Counted from the stretch's first letter, positions 34,679 through 45,116 are shown. The stretch: 64,000 bases of DNA from an uncultured Akkermansia sp. (GCA_964523105.1 CAZFZN010000032.1:20570-84569); one strand, 5' to 3'. Made by a program: numbers and translations. Notes: generated by a model from the letters alone, not told the origin.

Positions 34679-36494
34679 TGTGGTGCGCCCCGGCCCTCGC
34701 TGCCGCCAGTCGCCGCCGTTCGGGGCGGTGAATGAAATACCATGACGCCGCGAGCACGGCGAGCAGCGCGCCCAGCCACGCGCGCCATGCGCCGTCGGCC
34801 CGGCTGTGTTTCGTGATCAGCGCCGCCTCCACGCCCTCCAGATCCTGACGACTCACCGCATCGGTGAAATCCGCCTCGCGCACATCGGCGAAATGACTGC
34901 CCGCCATCAGCAGCAGGCGGCCGCCCTGACGCACTTCGATCAGCGCCGGCATCTCCGGTGCCGTGAGGAGCGGCGCCTGCGCGGGCGGCACCGTGACACT
35001 GCCGTCTCCGTCCGCGCCTTTCCATGTCAGAGTGACCGGGGAGGCCGCAGCATCGGTCTCCACCGGGCAGCGCAGTCGCTGATTGCACTCCACGTTGCGC
35101 CATTCCTCACGCACGGTGCGGCTGCGCACGACTTCCAAGAACCGGTGCAGGCCCAGCACGAAGGCCGGCAGGCGGCGGGCATTGGACTGTTGCAGGTCGA
35201 AATTGAAGCAGAGCATCCGCCGGTCCTCTTTGCCGCGCAGAAAAACCACGGGGCGCTCACCGATCCATACGACCGGTTCGTCGCCCTCGCGCGGCGGAAT
35301 TCCGAGGCTGTCGGCGGCCATCAAAGGATGCCAGTCGAGATGGTCCGCCAAAGGATGGCGCTCCTGAATGAGCGTGCCTTTGAGCACGGGCGCATCCGGC
35401 CGGGGATCGCGCACAAAGACGCAGGCGGGTTTGTCAGGCAAGGCCGGGTCCAGCGGATTGTAATGCACCACGAGCACATCCGCCGCAGCGCGGTCCGCCG
35501 TGACCGTTACCCCGGGCATGGCGCCGAACAGTTTCGCGTAATGCTGCTCGTCGGCGGGCAGCGTCAATTCATCCGCGGGAAGGACGACGGTGATCTGACG
35601 AGGTTTCGGGCGCACGATCACGGCGGCGTCGTCCGCGGTGAATTTGTCAGGATCAAGCCGCACCGTGAGCTCCGTTTGCCCGTCGGCGAACGCCCCCTGC
35701 AGCGCCTGCATGCCGCCCGGAGACAATGTCACAGACTGCTTTGCGGAAACCGCTCCCCCGGACTCGATCCACCATTCGCGCGACTGCGGTGCCGTTCCGA
35801 AATTCCGCAGCACGGCGCGCCAGACCGTGCGGCCCTCCACTTCCTCCACGGTCACGCCGGCGAGCCCCGCATTCTCCTCCGGCGCGCCCACGGCAACCAG
35901 CCGTGCGCCCAGCGGCAGATCCTTCACCTCGTGGTCCGTGACGAAGAGCACCGTGCCCTCGCGTCCTGCCAGACTGCGCGCCAGCCGCAGCGCCGGCCCC
36001 GGATCATGCGTGCCGCCGCCCGGTTTCCATTTCGCCGCCGCCTCCATGAGTTCCTTCACCGAGCCGCCGTGATAGAGATGACCGGAATCCCGCCTCGAAT
36101 CGAGCAGATAGAATTCCGTGTGCGCCGTGGCCCTGGCCAGCCGCTCCAGCACGGCGGGCAGTTCCCGCTCCATGCGTCCGCGGCTCACGCTCATGCCCGC
36201 CGAGCCGTCCAGCACGGCCACGATCTGCTGCACGCTGTTGCGTTCCATCCAGCGCGGCTCCGCCAGCAGCCATGTCAGGATCAATACCGCCAGCAGCTGC
36301 AGCCACAGGGGAATGGATGGCCGCAGCCGCTCGAACCGGCTCCCGCCCTCGCTTTCCCGCTGCAGCTGCTGCAGCAAAAACAGCGTGCTCACCACCGCCT
36401 GTTTCGAACGCCGCTGCAGAAAATGAATCGCCAGCACCGCCGGAATGCCGAGCAGCGCAAGGAAGCCGAGCGGATTGCCAAAACTCAAACCCAT
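34647..36494 (-). CDS. BatA-domain / vWA-like membrane protein (second copy)
   Basis: N-terminus MGLSFGNPLGFLALLGIPAVLAIHFLQRR (BatA signature), then VAVLDGSAGMS. A C-terminal TM helix is present. Confidence 0.8.
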   Translation of the reverse strand: MGLSFGNPLGFLALLGIPAVLAIHFLQRRSKQAVVSTLFLLQQLQRESEGGSRFERLRPSIPLWLQLLAVLILTWLLAEPRWMERNSVQQIVAVLDGSAGMSVSRGRMERELPAVLERLARATAHTEFYLLDSRRDSGHLYHGGSVKELMEAAAKWKPGGGTHDPGPALRLARSLAGREGTVLFVTDHEVKDLPLGARLVAVGAPEENAGLAGVTVEEVEGRTVWRAVLRNFGTAPQSREWWIESGGAVSAKQSVTLSPGGMQALQGAFADGQTELTVRLDPDKFTADDAAVIVRPKPRQITVVLPADELTLPADEQHYAKLFGAMPGVTVTADRAAADVLVVHYNPLDPALPDKPACVFVRDPRPDAPVLKGTLIQERHPLADHLDWHPLMAADSLGIPPREGDEPVVWIGERPVVFLRGKEDRRMLCFNFDLQQSNARRLPAFVLGLHRFLEVVRSRTVREEWRNVECNQRLRCPVETDAAASPVTLTWKGADGDGSVTVPPAQAPLLTAPEMPALIEVRQGGRLLLMAGSHFADVREADFTDAVSRQDLEGVEAALITKHSRADGAWRAWLGALLAVLAASWYFIHRPERRRLAAARAGAHHITGSGGGPAR

Positions 36495-36578
36495 GGCTCC
36501 ACCGCTCCGTCGCGGAGCGCCTCCGTTGGAATCCAGGTGATCTTCATGCCGCGCGCTATCACCGGATTTCGCCCCGCA

Positions 36579-37280
36579 TCAACTGATCAACAGCAGCCGC
36601 ACCTCCTCCGTCTCCGGCGCCCGGTGAATGCATGGCGGCACCGGACTCCCCGGCCACTCCGTCGCGATCCGCCACAGGTTCCCTGCGCCAAAAGAGAACG
36701 GCTTCGCCTCCGGTGCTGGCGCATAGTGCAGGTCATAGCAGTTCTCGTTTAGAAAATCGAGAAACTCCGCGTCATCCTCTCCGCCGTACAGTTCCAGCAA
36801 TGCGGCGCGCGTCTCCGGCACATCCACCCGTCGCCGCGCCTCATCGTGGCGCAGCCCTTCGCTCGGCGGGCCGTGGTAAGTGCAGAGCCACGTATCCGCC
36901 TCCACCGGGGCACTGTCCACGTGCCAGGAATACACATCCGTTGCCACCGGACCGCCGCGCCCGTCCCGATTTCCGCAATAGATGGCATTCAACACCGGCT
37001 CCAGTTCCAGTTCCCGCAGCCGCCGCAGGTCTTCCAGCATCACTTCAATCGCCACCCGCCCCGCCGCGCTTGCCGGCAGACTCTCCAGTCGCTCGTCTTC
37101 CAGAACCACAATGCCTTCGCCCGCGCCCAGCAGTTTCACCACCTCGCCGAAATCCCCCGGCAGCGTCCGCGGCCAGCAAAGCGCATTCACGCCGTCAGCG
37201 AATGGCGTCGCCACCAGTTCGCGAAAACTGCTTACCGTCCTGATGCAGGGATAACCGCCAGGCGATGTCAAAGGATTCAT
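36579..37280 (-). CDS. Hypothetical protein, possibly DUF1826 family
   Basis: Start reset to MNPLTSPGG (ATG at 37280). The family call rests only on recollected similarity around WHVD...CTYHGP...HRAP...RLLL. Confidence 0.45.
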   Translation of the reverse strand: MNPLTSPGGYPCIRTVSSFRELVATPFADGVNALCWPRTLPGDFGEVVKLLGAGEGIVVLEDERLESLPASAAGRVAIEVMLEDLRRLRELELEPVLNAIYCGNRDGRGGPVATDVYSWHVDSAPVEADTWLCTYHGPPSEGLRHDEARRRVDVPETRAALLELYGGEDDAEFLDFLNENCYDLHYAPAPEAKPFSFGAGNLWRIATEWPGSPVPPCIHRAPETEEVRLLLIS

Positions 37281-37294
37281 GTCCGCAGCGCGCT

Positions 37295-38407
37295 TCACGC
37301 TTTGGCATAGAATGGAAAATCCGTGTAACCCTCCGCCGTGGGTGCCGACCACACCTTTACGTCCGCCGGCGGATTGAGCGGCCATCCGTTCGCGAATCGC
37401 TCCACCAGATCCGGATTACTGAGGAAAGGACGTCCAAACGCGATCAGGTCCGCATCGCCCGCGGCAATCGCCGCCTCCCCCGTCGCCTGCGTGTAGCCGC
37501 AGTTGCCCATCAGCGGCCCGTCGAACACCGCGCGAAATTCCGCCAGTGTCATCGGCTCGACCTGTTTATGAAATCCAAACGCCAGCCCGTCCACCACATG
37601 AAGGTAAGCCAGCCCATAGCGGTTCAACTGCGCCGCCGCATAGGTGAACGTCTCGCGGAAATCCGGCGCGCCCATGTCGTTGAAGTTCCCGTTCGGCGAC
37701 AACCGCACGCCCACGCGGTCCGCCGGCCACACCGTGAGCACCGCCTCCGTCACTTCCTTCAGAAAGCGATACCGGTTCTCCACGCTCCCGCCGTACTGGT
37801 CCGTCCGGTGATTCGTCTTCGAGTCGAGGAACTGATTGATCAGGTAGCCATTGGCCGCGTGAATCTCCACGCCGTCGAACCCCGCGGCTTTAGCCCGCTC
37901 CGCCGCACGGCGGTAGTCCTCCACCACCCCTGGAATCTCCGACGTCTCCAGCGCTCGCGGCACTTCATGAGGCTGCTTGCCGATGGGCGTGTGAATGGAG
38001 TCGCCATTGATCTTGATCGCCGACGCCGACACCGCCGGCTGTCCGCCGTGGAAAGCACTGTGCGAAGCGCGCCCCAAATGCCAGAGCTGCAGGAAAAACG
38101 GCGTCCCGCGCTCCTTCATCGCCGCCACGATGTTCCTCCATCCCTCCTCCTGCGCGTCAGTGTAAATGCCAGGTGAATCCACCCACCCGTTCGCCTGCTC
38201 CGAAATCGTCGTCGCCTCACTGATGACCAGCCCCGCCGAAGCCCGCTGCGTATAATACTCCCGCATCAAATCATTCGGCACCCGTTCCCGTCCCGCCCGC
38301 GCCCGCGTCAGCGGTGCCATTACCACACGGTTCCGCAGCGGAATCCCGCGGAGACTGAAGGGGGAGAGTAAACGAGGTGAGGAAGCGGTGGAGGTCGGAG
38401 TGGACAT
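37295..38407 (-). CDS. Old Yellow Enzyme family NADH:flavin oxidoreductase (alkene reductase)
   Basis: Start reset to MSTPTST (ATG at 38407). NRVVMAPLTRARA, LQLWHLGRASH, GFDGVEIHAANGYLINQFL, YGGSVENR. Confidence 0.88.
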   Translation of the reverse strand: MSTPTSTASSPRLLSPFSLRGIPLRNRVVMAPLTRARAGRERVPNDLMREYYTQRASAGLVISEATTISEQANGWVDSPGIYTDAQEEGWRNIVAAMKERGTPFFLQLWHLGRASHSAFHGGQPAVSASAIKINGDSIHTPIGKQPHEVPRALETSEIPGVVEDYRRAAERAKAAGFDGVEIHAANGYLINQFLDSKTNHRTDQYGGSVENRYRFLKEVTEAVLTVWPADRVGVRLSPNGNFNDMGAPDFRETFTYAAAQLNRYGLAYLHVVDGLAFGFHKQVEPMTLAEFRAVFDGPLMGNCGYTQATGEAAIAAGDADLIAFGRPFLSNPDLVERFANGWPLNPPADVKVWSAPTAEGYTDFPFYAKA

Positions 38408-38509
38408 AGGAAGATCGAATCGATGCACGCAGCTATTCGCTCCGCAGACAAGGACGGATGCCGCCACCTGCAGATGATCGGAGGTGCCCTGCGACACCTC
38501 CCGCGTCGA

Positions 38510-39262
38510 TTATTCCTCCTCCCCGGTCTCCGACACCTCTTTCCGGGCCCCGGTCCAGCGCCGCCAGTATCGCGCCGCCATCCAGCATCCTAAAGCCCAT
38601 GCGATGCCCGCCATCCACCCCGCCAGCACATCCGTCGGATAGTGGACTCCCAGGTAGATCCGGCTGACGCCCACGAGAAACGTGAGGAGCATGGCGATGG
38701 TCAGGAAGTAGAGCTTCGCTCCGCGGCCGGGCACGACCTGCATGAGCAGTGTGCCGAGGGTCAGATAAACGATCGCGGAAAGCATGGCATGCCCGCTGGG
38801 GAAGCTCGGCGTGGTCACTTCCCGCAGATGGGGCACGATGTCGGGCCGGTCCCGGGCAATCGCATACTTCAGAAGGGCCGCCACGCCCGCTCCGGTGATG
38901 ATCGTCACCACGGTGAAAAGCATCAACCCATAGCGCCTCTGGAGCCACATAAATCCGACCACGGCACTGACCATGAGAACCAAAACCACCGCTCCGCCCA
39001 GCGCCGTCAAATCCAGCCCCGCTTCGCGCAACCAGGGAGGCCCGATCGGCACCGCGGGATCGTCCGCCCGCCGCAGATTCAGGAGAATCCATTCATCTAT
39101 CTTCCGGGTCTCGCCCTCTTTCACTTCGTCCGTCAGTTCGATCACGGAGTAGATGCAAATCAGGACGATCAGAGCCGCTATGAGCATGGCCACTTCCTTC
39201 CACTGCCAGCCGCGAATCCGGTTCAGTTGATTCCGCAGAAAGTGGGGCATGGGACGATTCAT
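38510..39262 (-). CDS. PAP2-family phosphatase (membrane)
   Basis: KxxxxxxRP-like YAIARDRP, then PSGH (SFPSGHAM) and SRxxxxxHxxxD (SRIYLGVHYPTDV). The start is uncertain (the track ORF extends to 39313). Confidence 0.85.
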   Translation of the reverse strand: MNRPMPHFLRNQLNRIRGWQWKEVAMLIAALIVLICIYSVIELTDEVKEGETRKIDEWILLNLRRADDPAVPIGPPWLREAGLDLTALGGAVVLVLMVSAVVGFMWLQRRYGLMLFTVVTIITGAGVAALLKYAIARDRPDIVPHLREVTTPSFPSGHAMLSAIVYLTLGTLLMQVVPGRGAKLYFLTIAMLLTFLVGVSRIYLGVHYPTDVLAGWMAGIAWALGCWMAARYWRRWTGARKEVSETGEEE

Positions 39263-39325
39263 GGTGCGACCACTACACAAATCCGCGGCTTCGTCACCAT
39301 GACGTTCCGGCAACTTCGGATTCTG

Positions 39326-40225
39326 TCATCTCTCCCGATCCGCATGAATCTTCAGATGCAGATGGATATGATCATTGACGATGTGTTTGCCGAGGAAGCG
39401 GAAGAGTTTTCCCGAGCCGTAGTGGCTGCCGTAATCCGTGCGGTCGAGCTCGAACTGCCCCTGCGCGGTGAGGCGGCTGGCGTCGTCGGTGGTGGCGATA
39501 AGGACGGGGAATTCCAGCGCGCGGGTGATGCCGCGAAGCGTGAAGGTGCCGCGCAGCCGGTGATTGGGCGTGCCGTCGGTGCAGTGGGAGATTCTCTCTG
39601 CGGCGGTGGCGGTGAATTCAGCGGTGGGGTGATGCGGCACGTCGAAGAAGTCGGCGGAGTGGAGATGCTCGATGAGCATCGCGTTGTAAGCGGGATCGGT
39701 GAGGTCTTCGCAGGCGATGCTCGTCATCTCCACGGTGAACCGGGCGGAAATGAGTTCGCCCTGACGAAGCATGATTTCGCCGGAGGCACACTTCACTGTG
39801 CCGCTGTGGTGATTGAATAAATTACGCCCGGTCCAGCGGATGACGCTTTGCGCCGCGTCGAGCCGGTAGGTGCCGTCGGGGACGGGAGGCTGCGGCAGTT
39901 GGCCGGTGCCTTCGACCGGCAGGCCGGCGGCCTGCCATTCCGCAAGCCCGCCATCGAATGACTGCACCTGCATGTAGCCTGCGTCGCGGAGTTTTTCTGC
40001 GGCGGCCGCAGCGTCGAGCGATCCGCCGCCGGCGCCGTACACGACGACAGGGACGTCTTTGCCGGGCACGAGCGCCTGCACCTGCTCAGGGAAGGTCATT
40101 TCATAAGCGCAGGCATTGAGCGACCCGGGGATGCGGGTGGCGGCATGGACTTCCGGCGGCAGCACGTGAATGAGCCGGGGCGGAGGGCCGGTCTGGAGCA
40201 GGGTGTGGAGTTCGCGGGCGTTCAT
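39326..40225 (-). CDS. Rhodanese-homology domain (active-site Cys absent) fused to a YceI-like domain
   Basis: Start chosen at MNARELH. The rhodanese loop position reads VVVYGAGGGS, with Gly where the catalytic Cys is expected. The C-terminal half (TYRLDAAQSVIRWTG...LRGTFTLRGITRALEFPV...FELDRTDYG) is YceI-like. Confidence 0.75.
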   Translation of the reverse strand: MNARELHTLLQTGPPPRLIHVLPPEVHAATRIPGSLNACAYEMTFPEQVQALVPGKDVPVVVYGAGGGSLDAAAAAEKLRDAGYMQVQSFDGGLAEWQAAGLPVEGTGQLPQPPVPDGTYRLDAAQSVIRWTGRNLFNHHSGTVKCASGEIMLRQGELISARFTVEMTSIACEDLTDPAYNAMLIEHLHSADFFDVPHHPTAEFTATAAERISHCTDGTPNHRLRGTFTLRGITRALEFPVLIATTDDASRLTAQGQFELDRTDYGSHYGSGKLFRFLGKHIVNDHIHLHLKIHADRER

Positions 40226-40247
40226 GGTGAATGGGAAACGGAATGAC

Positions 40248-41138
40248 CTACGACCACGGTTCGACAGCGCCATTGCGGAGCGCCTCCAGTTGCAGGGCGG
40301 CGGAGAAGTCCGGCTCGCTCGGCACGCGGGCGAGAGCGATGCCGTGCTTCTGCGCGGCCGCTTTCCACAACTCGAAGTGCCGGGCGTAGGCCTCGCGGTA
40401 ACGGCGCAGCAGCGCGGGTTCCACGCGTCGCGGGTGGTGCGAAAGTTCCTCGGCTTCGATGAACTCCATGTTCCCGTCCCACGCCGGATCGCTTTCCTCC
40501 TGACAAAAAGGCGCGAGCACCACGGGCCGGCCCTGACGCGCTCCGAGCGCGCCCGCGAGCGGCTGCGGATCGCCCGCGAAAAGCAAATCGCTCACCACCA
40601 CGCGCAGCGACTGCGCGCGCAGCGGCACGCGGGCGAGTTCCGGCGGCGCGGCGGCGGCCTGCGGCCCCCCGGGCAGCTGTTCCGCCCAGCGGTGGCTCAT
40701 CACCGCCTCCAGCGGCAGCGGTTTTTGCCAGGCCCCGCAGACAACGGTGACCGCAGGAGTGGCCCCGGCCCGCAGCGCGCCCTCCACGGCGAAGTAAAAC
40801 AACTCCAAACTGCGCGCCGCCTTTTCCGGCGTGAAGAACATGCTCGGTGAAACATCGAGCACCACATCGATGACCGGCCGCACCTCCTCGCGGAAGAGCT
40901 TCATGGAATACTGGCCGGTGCGCGCGTAGGCCTGCCAGTTGAGATGCCGCGGATCGTCGCCCGGCGCGTAGGCGCGGTGGTCCTGAAAATCCAGCGACGA
41001 ACCCGTGCCCCGCCCCATGAAGTCCCCGGCCCCGCCGCGCCACACGCGCTGCCGCAGCGGCAGGCGAAACATTCCCGCACGCCCCCGCGCCCGCGCATGG
41101 CAGTCGCGCAGCAGTTCAGCGGTCAAGGGTGTCGTCAT
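40248..41138 (-). CDS. DUF58 domain protein (third copy, no adjacent MoxR)
   Basis: GSSLDFQDHRAYAPGDDPRHLNWQAYARTGQYSMKLFREE, followed by VLDVSPSM. Confidence 0.85.
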   Translation of the reverse strand: MTTPLTAELLRDCHARARGRAGMFRLPLRQRVWRGGAGDFMGRGTGSSLDFQDHRAYAPGDDPRHLNWQAYARTGQYSMKLFREEVRPVIDVVLDVSPSMFFTPEKAARSLELFYFAVEGALRAGATPAVTVVCGAWQKPLPLEAVMSHRWAEQLPGGPQAAAAPPELARVPLRAQSLRVVVSDLLFAGDPQPLAGALGARQGRPVVLAPFCQEESDPAWDGNMEFIEAEELSHHPRRVEPALLRRYREAYARHFELWKAAAQKHGIALARVPSEPDFSAALQLEALRNGAVEPWS

Positions 41139-41223
41139 CGCGCCGCGGATAGCATGAGGCGTTACGAATGCCAAGTGTGCGGGCAGCAATCCTTCCCCGT
41201 TTGCGCGGCCCGTCAGACGGCGG

Positions 41224-43281
41224 ATGGAGCGGGCGATGTCGAGACTCTACACCCTGAAGAAACAGGCGGCGGCCGCGGCTCCGCCGGAGGCGCGGACCGG
41301 CGCCATCGATTTCCGTGCGGAGTTGAACGACCAGCAGTTTGCGGCGGTGACGGCTCCCCCGGGTCAGGCGCTGGTGCTCGCGGGCGCGGGCAGCGGCAAG
41401 ACGCGCACCCTCACCTATCGCGTCGCCTATCTTTTGCAGAACGCCGTGGCGCCGGAGAACATCCTGCTGCTCACCTTCACCAACAAAGCGGCGCGCGAGA
41501 TGCTGGAACGCGTGGAGCACCTGCTGCCGGGACAAACGGGCGGGCTGTGGAGCGGAACGTTTCACAGTGTCTGCAACCGCATCCTCCGGCATCACGCCAC
41601 GTCGGCCGGACTGACGCGCGGATTCACCATTCTGGATGCGGAGGATGCGAAAGCACTCCTGTCAAAAGCCATCAAGGAAAGCGGCGTGGCCAAACAGGTG
41701 GAGAACGCCACCGGCGTGAAGTTTCCCAAAGCGCCGGTCGTGCAGGGGCTGCTCAGTTATGCGACGAATACGAAGCAGCCGCTGGAGGAGGTGGTGCGCG
41801 CGCAGTTCAGTCCCGACGACGAAATGCTCCACGGCATCGGACGCGTGGCCAGGCTCTATGACAAAAAGAAGCGCGAGGCCAACTCACTGGACTTCGACGA
41901 CATGCTGACGCGCACCCTGGAGCTGTTCGGGGAGCATCCGGATATTCTCGCGCGCTATCAGTATCAGTTTCAGTTCATCCTCGTGGATGAATACCAGGAC
42001 ACGAACCCCATTCAGAGCGACCTCATCAATGCGCTGGCCGGGCAGCACGGCAACGTGATGGTGGTGGGCGACGACGCGCAGAGCATCTACTCGTGGCGCG
42101 GTGCGGATTTCCGGAACATCATCAGCTTTCCGGAACGGTTTCCGCAGGCGCAGGTGTTCAAGATCGAAACCAACTACCGGAGCCGTCCGGAAATTCTGCA
42201 GCTGGCCAACGCGGCGATCCGTCCGAATGAGCGGCAGTTTCAGAAGAACCTGCGCGCCGCGCGCGGACCCGCGGAGCAAAAGCCGGTGCTGGCCGCGCTC
42301 TATGCGCCGCAGGAGCAGGCGATGTTCGTGGCGCAGCGCATGCAGGAACTGCACGATGATCACGGCATCCCCTGGAACGAAATGGCGGTGCTCTACCGCG
42401 CGCATTTTCAGAGCATGGATGTGCAGCTGCAGCTGACGCAGGACGGCGTGCCGTTCACCGTGACGAGCGGGCTGAAGTTCTTCGAGACGGCGCACATCAA
42501 GGACTTCAGCGCATTTCTGAAACTCGCGGTGAACCTGCGCGACGAGGCGGCGTTCGACCGCATCGTGCGCATGCTGCCGGGCGTGGGAGCCGGCACCGCG
42601 GTGAAAATGTGGGCGCGCTGGCTGGCGCAGGTCGCCCAACTCGCGGGCGAGCTGCCGCGTTCCTTTTCCGAATTTATGGCCCCCGTGGCCGTGCCGGCCC
42701 GCGCGGAGAAGGACTGGCAGCAGCTCGGCTGGACGATGGATGAATTCCTGACGCCGGAGGGAACGCTGCAGTCACCCGCGGTGATCATGAAGAGCGCCTG
42801 GGAGGGTGTGTACGAACAATGGCTGAAGTCGGAGCACGAGAACTTCGAGAGCCGGCGTCAGGACGTGGAGCAGTTCATGCGCTTTGGCGAACGGTTCGCA
42901 TCGCTCACCGACATGCTGAGCGAACTCTCGCTGCTGAGCGGCCCGGAGGCTGCGGAGGACACCAAACCGCGCGCGGAGGAAAGCGTCTGCCTCAGCAGCG
43001 TGCATCAGGCCAAGGGCCTCGAATGGCGCGTCGTCTTCATCATCTGGCTGACGGATGCCATGTTCCCCAATCTCCGAGCGGTGGATGAAGGCGGACCGGA
43101 GGCGCTGGAGGAGGAGCGCCGGCTTTTTTATGTGGCGCTGACGCGTGCCAGGGATCAGCTTTATCTGCTCTATCCGAAAATGTGGCCCAAGAGCTACACC
43201 GGCGAGCTGTGGCAGTCGCCGTCCCGGTTTCTGCAAAACCTGCCGAAGGACTCGCTGGAGGAATGGCGCATCGGCCGGTAA
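41224..43281 (+). CDS. UvrD/PcrA/Rep-family ATP-dependent DNA helicase
   Basis: Walker A AGAGSGKTRTLTYRVAYLL, motif II ILVDEYQDTN, VVGDDAQSIYSWRGA, TNYRS, LSSVHQAKGLEW, RRLFYVALTRA. Confidence 0.9.
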   Translation: MERAMSRLYTLKKQAAAAAPPEARTGAIDFRAELNDQQFAAVTAPPGQALVLAGAGSGKTRTLTYRVAYLLQNAVAPENILLLTFTNKAAREMLERVEHLLPGQTGGLWSGTFHSVCNRILRHHATSAGLTRGFTILDAEDAKALLSKAIKESGVAKQVENATGVKFPKAPVVQGLLSYATNTKQPLEEVVRAQFSPDDEMLHGIGRVARLYDKKKREANSLDFDDMLTRTLELFGEHPDILARYQYQFQFILVDEYQDTNPIQSDLINALAGQHGNVMVVGDDAQSIYSWRGADFRNIISFPERFPQAQVFKIETNYRSRPEILQLANAAIRPNERQFQKNLRAARGPAEQKPVLAALYAPQEQAMFVAQRMQELHDDHGIPWNEMAVLYRAHFQSMDVQLQLTQDGVPFTVTSGLKFFETAHIKDFSAFLKLAVNLRDEAAFDRIVRMLPGVGAGTAVKMWARWLAQVAQLAGELPRSFSEFMAPVAVPARAEKDWQQLGWTMDEFLTPEGTLQSPAVIMKSAWEGVYEQWLKSEHENFESRRQDVEQFMRFGERFASLTDMLSELSLLSGPEAAEDTKPRAEESVCLSSVHQAKGLEWRVVFIIWLTDAMFPNLRAVDEGGPEALEEERRLFYVALTRARDQLYLLYPKMWPKSYTGELWQSPSRFLQNLPKDSLEEWRIGR

Positions 43282-43307
43282 GTGCCCCCGCAACCTGGCA
43301 GGGGCAC
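43282..43307. terminator. GC-rich hairpin between the convergent helicase and glyQS genes (candidate bidirectional terminator, no U-tract)
   Basis: gtgcccc (43282-43288) pairs with ggggcac (43301-43307), with a 12-nt loop. It lies in the 56-nt gap between two convergent stop codons. Confidence 0.3.
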
Positions 43308-43337
43308 ACGTCACGGCTTGCGGACCGGACCGCGGCG

Positions 43338-45116
43338 CTATGAAACCCGGGCCAGCAGCCAGGCGGTGAGGTCGGCGATTTTAATGCGGTGCTGTTCGTT
43401 GCTGTCGCGTTCGCGGACGGTGACGGTGTCCTGCAGTTCAGGGCCTTTCTCGCCCAGCGTTTCGAAATCGATAGTGACACCGAACGGCGTGCCGGCTTCA
43501 TCCTGACGCGCGTAACGGCGGCCGATGCTGGCGGTTTCGTCGTAAAAGCAGTTCATGTGCTTCTTGAGCATGGCATAAACCTCACGCGCTTTCGCGACGA
43601 GTTCCGGCTTGTTCTTCAGCAGCGGGAAGACGCCGCATTTGATGGGCGCGATGCGCGGATGGAAGCGCAGCACGGTGATCGTCTCCGATTTGCCTTTCTC
43701 ATCGGTCTTCACCGTTTCGCTGAAAGCCTTGGCAATGATCGCCAGCGCCATGCGGTCGAGACCGGCGGACGGTTCGATGACGTGCGGCACGTAGTTGCCT
43801 TTGAACAAACGCTCGAACCAGGCGCGCACGTCGGCTTCGGACATCGGCTCGCCCTTCGTCTTCGCCTGCTCCGCGGCGAGTCGCTTTTGAATCATCGCCT
43901 CCTTCTGCTCCGGCGTCAGTTTGGCGGCGGCATTCTTGAGGTCCTCGTCGAAGACTTCCTGCGACTTCGTGCTGTGTTTCTGGTGCTGGCTGAGGTCGAA
44001 ATCCCCGCGGGCGGCGATGCCTTCCAGTTCCTCCGTGCCGAACGGGAATTCGCAGAGAATGTCCACACAGGCGCGGGCGTAGTGCGCTAGATCCGCGGCG
44101 GTTTGCCAGTAATAATGCACCACGTCGCCGAGACCGATGCTTTGATAGAATTTCGTGCGTTCCTGCACCCAGTAACGGTGCCACATTTCCCAGCCCCAGT
44201 TCGGCTGCGGCTCGCTGAGATCCGCGGTTTCGCTCCATGCCGCGACTTCGCCGCAGATGACCTCCACGGCTTCGTCAGGGCGGATGAAGAACTCCAGTTC
44301 CATCTGCTCGAACTCGCGCGAGCGGAAGGTGTAGTTCTTCGGCGTCACTTCATTGCGGAAGGCTTTGCCGATCTGACAAATGCCGAACGGGACCTTCACG
44401 CGCGAGGAATCGAAGACGTTCTTGAACTGCGCAAAAATCGCCTGCGCGGTCTCCGGGCGCAAATACGTCGGATCATCCAGCGTCGCCGTCGGGCCGAGGA
44501 ACGTGCGCAGCATGAGATTGAACGGGCGGGCGGAACCGAGGGCGCCGCCGGTTTCAGGATGAAAGTCCACGCTGTCCGTCACTTCGTCGCCCTTCGCTTC
44601 GCCGAGCAGTTCGATCTCCTCCGGCTTGCCCGCAGCCTCACCGGCATTGGAAGCGATGAGCAGACGCACCTGTTTGCGAAAGCTCTCGATGTGCGTGCCT
44701 TTCCACAGCAGAGCGCTGATAGGGCGCTCGATCCTCCAGCCGGCGGGCGACTGCGCGCCGGTATAATTCATCACCGTTCCCGCCTGCGGCTCCACGTGGT
44801 CCGCGCGCACACGCTTGTTGGTCAGGGAACACTCGCGCATCATGTCGGCGAAGGTGTCCACGTGGCCGCTCGCCTTCCAAATGGCCGGGTTCATGAGAAT
44901 GGCGGCATCCAGTCCCACGATGTCCTCGCGGTCGCGCACCATCGCGCGCCACCATGCATCACGCAGATTGCGCTTCAGTTCCGCGCCGAGCGGGCCGTAA
45001 TCCCACACGCCGCCGCAGCCGCCGTAGATTTCGGACGACTGGAAGATGAAGCCCCGGCGTTTGCAGAGGCTGACGATCTTCTCCATTTGCGGGGTTTCTT
45101 TGGCAGGCTGGGACAT
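43338..45116 (-). CDS. glyQS: Glycine--tRNA ligase (class II, single-chain GlyQS type)
   Basis: MEKIVSLCKRRGFIFQSSEIYGG..GVWDYGPLG, FRNEVTPKNYTFRSREFEQMELEFF, IEPSAGLDR. Confidence 0.9.
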   Translation of the reverse strand: MSQPAKETPQMEKIVSLCKRRGFIFQSSEIYGGCGGVWDYGPLGAELKRNLRDAWWRAMVRDREDIVGLDAAILMNPAIWKASGHVDTFADMMRECSLTNKRVRADHVEPQAGTVMNYTGAQSPAGWRIERPISALLWKGTHIESFRKQVRLLIASNAGEAAGKPEEIELLGEAKGDEVTDSVDFHPETGGALGSARPFNLMLRTFLGPTATLDDPTYLRPETAQAIFAQFKNVFDSSRVKVPFGICQIGKAFRNEVTPKNYTFRSREFEQMELEFFIRPDEAVEVICGEVAAWSETADLSEPQPNWGWEMWHRYWVQERTKFYQSIGLGDVVHYYWQTAADLAHYARACVDILCEFPFGTEELEGIAARGDFDLSQHQKHSTKSQEVFDEDLKNAAAKLTPEQKEAMIQKRLAAEQAKTKGEPMSEADVRAWFERLFKGNYVPHVIEPSAGLDRMALAIIAKAFSETVKTDEKGKSETITVLRFHPRIAPIKCGVFPLLKNKPELVAKAREVYAMLKKHMNCFYDETASIGRRYARQDEAGTPFGVTIDFETLGEKGPELQDTVTVRERDSNEQHRIKIADLTAWLLARVS

